From Balanoglossus misakiensis (Eukaryota > Animalia > Hemichordata), in assembly GCA_040954595.2 (NCBI GenBank), contig CM082584.2, positions 1,829,344 through 1,893,343 of the forward strand: DNA of 64,000 nucleotides, read 5' to 3'. Below, in pieces: positions 55,199 through 64,000 of the stretch. Numbering within the stretch: position 1 is the stretch's first letter; every line of letters starts with the position of its first letter. A program made the translations under genes and the position numbers. A model generated the notes under the pieces. It was not told where the DNA came from, ran no database searches, and saw only the letters and a list, made by a program, of their open reading frames with translations.

Positions 55199-56194
55199 CT
55201 AGGCATGATTGTTCGAAGTTAGCGATTTGTGGCGGTGTTGTGGGTGATCTTTGTGGCCCCCGTCCTCGATGCATATGTGCGCAAAACGACAGTAGGTGCG
55301 GTGTAGGTTGCAGCCCGGTGGGTTTTGGAAATCGAAGCAAATTTCCTAGCCTTTCGAATCATAACTGCGACCTTTGGAGTTGCCTGTGGTATTTTTCCCT
55401 TTTTGCTGAGGCGCGACTTGCCGCTCATCAAGGTGATAGAGTGACAGGTGAAGGTCTACGGCAACCCACGCGAGCGAATCGGCAGCCTGCTTTTTCCTGC
55501 ACTCGTGATCGTAAGTCAGGACCGATGGGATTGTGAATGATTGAGTGTAGTCACCAATATTAATTGTATGATCGAGATATGCCAGTGTCTCTTCCGTGGA
55601 CATACCGCGGGCGATCAGTGCCTTTAAAATGCGGGCATTGGCTGATATCCACTGTGGCAGTGAAACTTGGTCCGGTCGCGGTCGTTGTTTTGCTGTTCGC
55701 ATAACTAATTTTGTGTCTTCGTCGGCGGCCAGTTCAGTTTCGTCTGGTTGATCGAACGAACCCTTTTTCGTGGTGACATAGTCCGGAATTAGTAGGGGTT
55801 TTCGCTCACCTTTCCCGGGGGCTGGCTTTGCGTTTGTGGCCTGTGGTTGGTCGGACAGGACGTCTTTGAGGGCATCGTTGCCTAGGGTTTCGAGGAGCTC
55901 ATTCAGTGCCTTGTTTTTTGCCAAGTCTTGTGTGGTTACCTCTTTGGTGGCCTCGCCGGCGGGCTTCGGCGTGTCCACGGGCTTGGATTCCGCTTTTTGA
56001 GAGCATAGTTTGTTTCGCAACTGGCGAAGCAGTCCATGTTGACCGATGTGTAGTTGTAGGTCGACAATGTCTTGGTCGCTGAGGCACTACAGTACTTCGG
56101 AGGATGTGACCTGGGAGGTGGTTAGTGAGCTGATAGTGTCTTTTGAAAGACCCGCCGCTTCACACCATTCAACAAAGCTGTAATCTTCTGACAT
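55199..56194 (-). pseudogene. gag-like ORF1 of the Ngaro element (331 codons, two internal TAG stops)
   Basis: A single frame runs from ATG 56194 (MSEDYSFVEWCEAAGLSKDTISSL...) to TAG 55199-55201, with in-frame TAGs at 56087-56089 and 55346-55348. The core KPLLIPDYV...QWISANARIL...YLDHT...SVLTYDHECRKKQA...W is typical of DIRS/Ngaro ORF1. The C-terminus has a CCCH-type finger, CFDFQNPPGCNLHRTYCRFAHIC. Confidence 0.85.
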
Positions 56195-56266
56195 TGTAAC
56201 TGGTGACTATTGGGGGTATGTCCGGGAAAGATCGAAATTAAAGCAGTTTCGGCGAGCGTCATACAA

Positions 56267-56361
56267 AATGTCCGCTGTCCGTCTGGGCAAAAAACCACGA
56301 GGTAGCCTCGTCCCAGGACCAACTCCCACATCCTCGATCCCAGCTCCCAGTTATTGTACAC
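56267..56361 (-). repeat. Ngaro 5' terminal repeat A1
   Basis: Direct repeat of 52322-52438, lacking ~21 bp that are present in A2. Confidence 0.92.
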
Positions 56362-56413
56362 AATATTTATTACTTATATAGCACATTACACGATAAATCT
56401 CAACATGCTTTAA

Positions 56414-57191
56414 GATGGGTCCCCCGTATCTTTTTGCTCGCTGCTATGGGCCTTTATGGGACACTACACTCAATTTTGATCGAAACCGTTATGAACGTCC
56501 GACAAGGGGCTTGTAACTTGTTAAAAATACACACGATTGTGTGCACACCCCCTGTCCAAGTATGTTTACGGCAGCTACCGCCCGGTCATAGGCCGCCACG
56601 CTAATACGGCAAAGCAGCGGTCAGCGATGGCGTGCGCGTCCTGTAACCAGAGTAACTGGATCGAACGCTAAAAATCCAATGTTTTGTACACAGAGATTTT
56701 GTACCGTTCACGAAAATCCCTAAGGCTTTTTTCATAGGCCACGTACGCCAGTCAAATTTGACCTGCTTGTTGAGAACGCACTTCCGCACAGTGTGACGGA
56801 TCGTTTTTTCGGTTTTCGTCGTGCTAAGAAGCGATACCGGTGGAAGAGTGTGTCCAAAATCACCCAAAATCGATGGCTTTTTCAGGTGTGGTACGGGTAT
56901 GCTGAAATCGTAGGATACAACGATAATATTCGAAATCAAAATCCGTCACGATCTTCCCTGGTTCAAGCAACTAATGAATACGTATCAAGTTCGTTTTTGA
57001 GGTCACGGAATAAAAAGCCTTAGGCTTTTGAAATTTGACCTAGCTAATTTGCATATCAATGGCGTCAGGGGGCGCGCGCTCACAATCGTGCAGATTTTTA
57101 ACTAGTTACCGGCCCCGTGTTAGACTCAAATCGGGGTGTAATGTCCTACAAAGGCCCATAGCAACGAGCAAAAAGAACCGGGGGACCCATC
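56414..57191. mobile_element. 778-bp non-autonomous TIR DNA transposon (MITE-like), Kolobok-like
   Basis: Imperfect 56-bp terminal inverted repeats (56414-56469 and 57136-57191; 50/56 identical, first 13 bp GATGGGTCCCCCG perfect), flanked on both sides by TTAA (56410-56413, 57192-57195). A TTAA target with 5'-RR termini is the Kolobok signature, whereas piggyBac begins with CC/YY. No transposase ORF is present. Confidence 0.8.
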
Positions 57192-60100
57192 TTAAATACC
57201 CATGCATATGCATTAAATACCTATGTCAAAGTGCAGAGCTTGCATCACCATCTACTCTGATGCATCATTGAGCTTGCTTCGCCATTTGCCCTGATGCAAA
57301 GAATCAGATTCAATGTCATCGTTGCATTAGCAATGTCGAAGTACAGTGCAATTGGACACGTATTAAACTGGGCATTTACAATCAACTTGAAATCCACATA
57401 TGCATTTAATACCCATGTCAAAGTGAAGTGATTGCATCACTATCTACCCTGATGCATCATCAACCTTGCTTCGCCATTTGCCCTGATGCAAAGAATCAGA
57501 TTCAATGTCATCGTTGCATTAGCAATGTCAAAGTACAGTGCTTTTGGACACGTATTAAACTGGGCATTTACAATCAACTTTAAATCCACTTATGCATTAT
57601 ATTCCAATGTCAAAGTGAAGGGCTTGAAACACCATCTTCCCAGATGCATCATCAAGCTTGCTTCGCCATTTACCCTGATGCAAAAGATCAGAATTAAAAT
57701 CACTGTTGCATTAGCAATTACAGTGCTTTTGGCCATGTATTAACCCAGGGATTTACAGTCAATTTTAAATACCCATGCATATGCATTGAAAACCTATGTC
57801 AAAGTGCAGAGCTTGCATCACCATCTACTGTGATGCATCATAAAGCTTGCTTCGCCATTTGCCCTAATGCAAAGAATCACATTCAATGGCACCATTGCAT
57901 TAGCAATGTCAAATTACAGTGCTTTCCGCCACGTATTAACCTACGGATTTTTCAACAACTTGAAATCCCCATATGCATTTAATACCCATGTCAAAGTGAA
58001 GTGTTTGCATCACCATCTACTCTGATGCATCATTGAGCTTGCTTCGCCATTTGCCCTAACGCAAAGAATTACATTCAATGTCACCATTGCATTAGCAATG
58101 TCAAAGTACAGTGCTTTCCGCCACGTATTAAACTGGGGATTTACAGTCACCTTTAAATCCCCCTGTAGGCATTTTATACCCAAGTTCAAGTGCAGAGCTT
58201 GCATCACTATCTACCCTGATGCATCATCAACCTTGCTTCGCCATTTACCCTGATGCAAAGAATCAGATTCAATGTCATCGTTGCATTAGCAATGTCAAAG
58301 TACAGTGCTTTTGGACACGTATTAACCCAGGGATTTATCATCTACTTGAAATCCCCATATGCATTTAATACCCATGTCAAAGTGAAGTGTTTGCATCACT
58401 ATCTACCCTGATGCATCATAAAGCTTGCTTCGCCATTTGCCCTGATGCAAAGAATCAGATTCAATGTCATCGTTGCATTAGCAATGTCAAATTAGAGTGC
58501 TTTTGGCCAAGTATTAACCTATGGATTTACATTTAACATTAAATACCCATGTGAAAGTGCAGAGTTTGCATCACCATCTACTCTGATGCATCATTGAGCT
58601 TGCTTCGCCATTTGCCCTAATGCAAAGAATCCCATTCAATGTCACCATTGCATATGCAATGTCAAAGTACAGTGCTTTCCGCCACGTATTAACCCAGGGA
58701 TTTACAGTCACCTTTAAATCCCCCTGTAGGCATTTTATACCCATGTCAAAGTGCAGAGCTTGCATCACTATCTACCCTGATGCATCATAAAGCTTGCTAC
58801 GCCATTTACCCTGATGCAAAGAATCAGATTCAATGTCATCGTTACATTAGCAATGTCAAAGTACAGTGCTTTTGGACACGTATTAACCCAGGGATTTATC
58901 ATCAACTTGAAATCCCCATATGCATTTAATACCCATGTCAAAGTGAAGTGATTGCATCACTATCTATCCTGATGCATCATCAACCTTGCTTCGCCATTTG
59001 CCCTGATGCAAAGAATCAGATTCAATGTCATCGTTACATTAGCAATGTCAAAGTACAGTGCTTTTGGACACGTATTAACCCAGGGATTTATCATCAACTT
59101 GAAATCCCCATATTCATTTAATACCCATGTCAAAGTGAAGTGATTGCATCACTATCTACCCTGATGCATCATCAACCTTGCTTCGCCATTTACCCTGATG
59201 CAAAGAATCAGATTCAATGTCATCGTTGCATTAGCAATGTCAAAGTACAGTGCTTTTGGACACGTATTAAACTGGGCATTTACAATCAACTTTAAATCCA
59301 CTTATGCATTATATTCCAATGTCAAAGTGAAGGGCTTGAAACACCATCTTCCCAGATGCATCATTAAGCTTGCTTCGCCATTTACCCTGATGCAAAAGAT
59401 CAGAATTAAAATCACTGTTGCATTAGCAATTACAGTGCTTTTGGCCATGTATTAACCCAGGGATTTACAGTCAATTTTAAATACCCATGCATATGCATTG
59501 AAAACCTATGTCAAAGTGCAGAGCTTGCATCACCATCTACTCTGATGCATCATAAAGCTTGCTTCGCCATTTGCCCTAATGCAAAGAATCACATTCAATG
59601 GCACCATTGCATTAGCAATGTCAAAGTACAGTGCTTTCCGCCACGTATTAACCTACGGATTTTTCAACAACTTGAAATCCCCATATGCATTTAATACCCA
59701 TGTCAAAGTGAAGTGTTTGCATCACCATCTACTCTGATGCATCATTGAGCTTGCTTCGCCATTTGCCCTAACGCAAAGAATTACATTCAATGTCACCATT
59801 GCATTAGCAATGTCAAAGTACAGTGCTTTCCGCCACGTATTAAACTGGGGATTTACAGTCACCTTTAAATCCCCCTTTAGGCATTTTATACCCAAGTTCA
59901 AGTGCAGAGCTTGCATCACTATCTACCCTGATGCATCATCAACCTTGCTTCGCCATTTACCCTGATGCAAAGAATCAGATTCAATGTCATCGTTGCATTA
60001 GCAATGTCAAAGTACAGTGCTTTTGGACACGTATTAACCCAGGGATTTATCATCTACTTGAAATCCCCATATGCATTTAATACCCATGTCAAAGTGAAGT

Positions 60101-63100
60101 GTTTGCATCACTATCTACCCTGATGCATCATAAAGCTTGCTTCGCCATTTGCCCTGATGCAAAGAATCAGATTCAATGTCATCGTTGCATTAGCAATGTC
60201 AAATTAGAGTGCTTTTGGCCAAGTATTAACCTATGGATTTACATTTAACATTAAATACCCATGTGAAAGTGCAGAGTTTGCATCACCATCTACTCTGATG
60301 CATCATTGAGCTTGCTTCGCCATTTGCCCTAATGCAAAGAATCCCATTCAATGTCACCATTGCATATGCAATGTCAAAGTACAGTGCTTTCCGCCACGTA
60401 TTAACCCAGGGATTTACAGTCACCTTTAAATCCCCCTGTAGGCATTTTATACCCATGTCAAAGTGCAGAGCTTGCATCACTATCTACCCTGATGCATCAT
60501 AAAGCTTGCTACGCCATTTACCCTGATGCAAAGAATCAGATTCAATGTCATCGTTACATTAGCAATGTCAAAGTACAGTGCTTTTGGACACGTATTAACC
60601 CAGGGATTTATCATCAACTTGAAATCCCCATATGCATTTAATACCCATGTCAAAGTGAAGTGATTGCATCAATATCTATCCTGATGCATCATCAACCTTG
60701 CTTCGCCATTTGCCCTGATGCAAAGAATCAGATTCAATGTCATCGTTACATTAGCAATGTCAAAGTACAGTGCTTTTGGACACGTATTAACCCAGGGATT
60801 TATCATCAACTTGAAATCCCCATATTCATTTAATACCCATGTCAAAGTGAAGTGATTGCATCACTATCTACCCTGATGCATCATCAACCTTGCTTCGCCA
60901 TTTACCCTGATGCAAAGAATCAGATTCAATGTCATCATTGCATTAGCAATGTCAAAGTACAATGCTTTTGGACACGAATTAACCCACAGATTTTTCAACA
61001 ACCTGAAATCCCCATATGCATTTAATACCCATGTCAAAGTGCAGAGTTTGCATCACCATCTACTCTGATGCATCATTGAGCTTGCTTCGCCATTTGCCCT
61101 AATGCAAAGAATCCCATTCAATGTCACCATTGCATATGCAATGTCAAAGTACAGTGCTTTCAGCCACGTATTAACCCAGGGATTTACAGACAACTTTAAA
61201 TCCCCCTGTAGGCATTTTATACCCATGTCAAAGTGCAGAGCTTGCATCACTATCTACCCTGATGCATCATCAACCTTGCTTCGCCATTTACCCTGATGCA
61301 AAGAATCAGATTCAATGTCATCGCTGCATTAGCAATGTCAAAGTACAGTGCTTTTGGACACGTATTAACCCAGGGATTTACAGACAACTTTAAATCCCCC
61401 TGTAGGCATTTTATACCCATGTCAAAGTGAAGTGTTTGCATCACTATCTACCCTGATGCGTCATAAAGCTTGCTACGCCATTTACCCTGATGCAAAGAAT
61501 CAGATTCAATGTCATCATTGCATTAGCAATGTCAAAGTACAGTGCTTTTGGACACGTATTAACCCACAGATTTTTCAACAACCTGAAATCCCCATATGCA
61601 TTTAATACCCATGTCAAAGTGAAGTGTTTGCATCACTATCTACCCTGATGCGTCATAAAGCTTGCTACGCCATTTACCCTGATGCAAAGAATCAGATTCA
61701 ATGTCATCGTTGCATTAGCAATGTCAAAGTACAGTGCTTTTGGACATGTATTAACCCACAGATTTTTCAACAACCTGAAATCCCCATATGCATTTAATAC
61801 CCATGTCAAAGTGAAGTGATTGCATCACTATCTATCCTGATGCATCATCAACCTTGCTTCGCCATTTGCCCTGATGCAAAGAATCAGATTCAATGTCATC
61901 GTTACATTAGCAATGTCAAAGTACAGTGCTTTTGGACACGTATTAACCCAGGGATTTATCATCAACTTGAAATCCCCATATTCATTTAATACCCATGTCA
62001 AAGTGAAGTGATTGCATCACTATCTACCCTGATGCATCATCAACCTTGCTTCGCCATTTACCCTGATGCAAGGAATCAGATTCAATGTCATCATTGCATT
62101 AGCAATGTCAAAGTACAATGCTTTTGGACACGTATTAACCCACAGATTTTTCAACAACCTGAAATCCCCATATGCATTTAATACCCATGTCAAAGTGCAG
62201 AGTTTGCATCACCATCTACTCTGATGCATCATTGAGCTTGCTTCGCCATTTGCCCTAATGCAAAGAATCCCATTCAATGTCACCATTGCATATGCAATGT
62301 CAAAGTACAGTGCTTTCAGCCACGTATTAACCCAGGGATTTTTCAACAACCTGAAATCCCCATATGCATTTAATACCCATGTCAAAGTGAAGTGTTTGCA
62401 TCACTATCTACCCTGATGCGTCATAAAGCTTGCTACGCCATTTACCCTGATGCAAAGAATCAGATTCAATGTCATCGTTGCATTAGCAATGTCAAAGTAC
62501 AGTGCTTTTGGACACGTATTAACCCAGGGATTTATCATCAACTTGAAATCCCCATATTCATTTAATACCCATGTGAAAGTGCTGAGTTTGCATCACCATC
62601 TACTCTGATACATCATTGAGCTTGCTTCGCCATTTGCCCTAATGCAAAGAATCCCATTCAATGTCACCATTGCATATGCAATGTCAAAGTACAGTGCTTT
62701 CCGCCACGTATTAACCCAGGGATTTACAGACAACTTTAAATCCCCCTGTAGGCATTTTATACCCATGTCAAAGTGCAGAGCTTGCATCACTATCTACCCT
62801 GATGCATAATCAACCTTGCTTCGCCATTTACCCTGATGCAAAGCATCAGATTCAATGTCATCGTTGCATTAGCAATGTCAAAGTACAGTGCTTTTGGACA
62901 CGTATTAACCCAGGGATTTACAGACAACTTTAAATCCCCCTGTAGGCATTTTATACCCATGTCAAAGTAAAGTGTTTGCAACACTATCTACCCTGATGCA
63001 TCATAAAGCTTGCTACGCCATTTACCCTGATGCAAAGAATCAGATTCAATGTCATCATTGCATTAGCAATGTCAAAGTACAGTGCTTTTCGACACGTATT

Positions 63101-64000
63101 AACCCACAGATTTTTCAACAACCTGAAATCCCCATATGCATTTAATACCCATGTCAAAGTGAAGTGTTTGCATCACTATCTACCCTGATGCATCATAAAG
63201 CTTGCTACGCCATTTACCCTGATGCAAAGAATCAGATTCAATGTCATCGTTACATTAGCAATGTCAAAGTACAGTGCTTTTGGACACGTATTAACCCAGG
63301 GATTTATCATCAACTTGAAATCCCCATATGCATTTAATACCCATGTCAAATTGAAGTGATTGCATCACTATCTACCCTGATGCATCATCAACCTTGCTTC
63401 GCCATTTGCCCTGATGCAAAGAATCAGATTCAATGTCATCGTTGCATTAGCAATGTCAAATTAGAGTGCTTTTGGCCACATATTAACCTATAGATTTACA
63501 TTTAACATTAAATACCCATGTGAAAGTGCAGAGTTTGCATCACCATCTACTCTGATGCATCATTGAGCTTGCTTCGCCATTTGCCCTAATGCAAAGAATC
63601 CCATTCAATGTCACCATTGCATATGCAATGTCAAAGTACAGTGCTTTCCGCCACGTATTAACCCAGGGATTTACAGACAACTTTAAATCCCCCAGTAGGC
63701 ATTTTATACCCATGTCAAAGTGCAGAGCTGGCATCACTATCTACCCTGATGCATCATCAACCTTGCTTCGCCATTTACCCTGATGCAAAGAATCAGATTC
63801 AATGTCATCGTTGCATTAGCAATGTCAAAGTACAGTGCTTTCCGCCACGTATTAACCCAGGGATTTACAGACAACTTTAAATCCCCCAGTAGGCATTTTA
63901 TACCCATGTCAAAGTGCAGAGCTTGCATCACTATCTACCCTGATGCATCATCAACCTTGCTTCGCCATTTACCCTGATGCAAAGAATCAGATTCAATGTC
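57192..64000. repeat. Tandem satellite array 2, ~192-194-bp monomer (189- and 175-bp variants); runs off the right edge of the window
   Basis: Unit is ccctgatgcaaagaatcagattcaatgtcatcgttgcattagcaatgtcaaagtacagtgcttttggacacgtattaacccagggattt...gcttcgccattt. Equivalent positions fall at 57294, 57486, 57678, 57867, 58059, 58253, 58445, 58620, 58814, 59006 and 59198. Confidence 0.99.
57486..60909. repeat. Two copies of a 1712-bp, 9-monomer higher-order repeat in satellite 2
   Basis: Monomer lengths 192+189+192+194+192+175+194+192+192 sum to 1712. ORF-track pairs 57486/59198, 58010/59722 and 58571/60283 are all offset by 1712. Confidence 0.92.

Larger units (their letters stand above)
52094..56361 (-). 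mobile_element. Ngaro-type (DIRS order) tyrosine-recombinase retrotransposon, apparently full length (~4.27 kb), disabled
   Basis: Gene order is gag - RT/RNase H - tyrosine recombinase. No methyltransferase domain is visible after RNase H. Split direct repeats run A1 (56361-56267) ... B1 (52549-52448), A2 (52438-52322), B2 (52195-52094). There is no target-site duplication beyond 2 bp. Confidence 0.93.

Noticed and set aside
53086-56089. RIP-like or APOBEC-like targeted C-to-T mutagenesis behind the three premature stops (TAG, TAG, TAA)
   Set aside because: The ancestral codons are unknown, three events are too few, and the near-identical B repeats show no hypermutation.
56601-57271. ORFs inside the TIR element as a transposase
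   Set aside because: They are short, have no DDE or DNA-binding motifs, and one runs out into satellite.
57486-63977. 64-85-aa ORFs in satellite 2
   Set aside because: These are translations of 192-194-bp monomers, and the frame is not kept between units.

Overview
Eukaryotic (probably invertebrate animal) heterochromatin-type window with no recognisable host gene. Bases 1-48951 are an AT-rich tandem satellite with a ~78-bp monomer, a recurrent ~106-bp variant and nested kb-scale block duplications. Bases 57192-64000 are a second, unrelated ~192-bp satellite with a 9-monomer (1712-bp) higher-order duplication. An ~8.2-kb transposon island lies between them. In order it holds: a 40-bp direct repeat at the satellite-1 edge, the 3' end of a Ty3/Gypsy element (integrase tail, PPT, 231-bp LTR), a decayed ~170-180-bp tandem repeat, a full-length Ngaro-type tyrosine-recombinase retrotransposon (minus strand, split direct repeats A1..B1-A2-B2, gag/RT-RNaseH/YR, with a few stops and frameshifts), and a 778-bp TTAA-flanked Kolobok-like non-autonomous DNA transposon that forms the exact edge of satellite 2. 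Most short ORFs in the track are translations of satellite monomers. I found no wholly new system. The most unusual items are the SAM-like gag N-terminus, the single in-frame TAG between gag and RT, and the TE-defined array boundaries.
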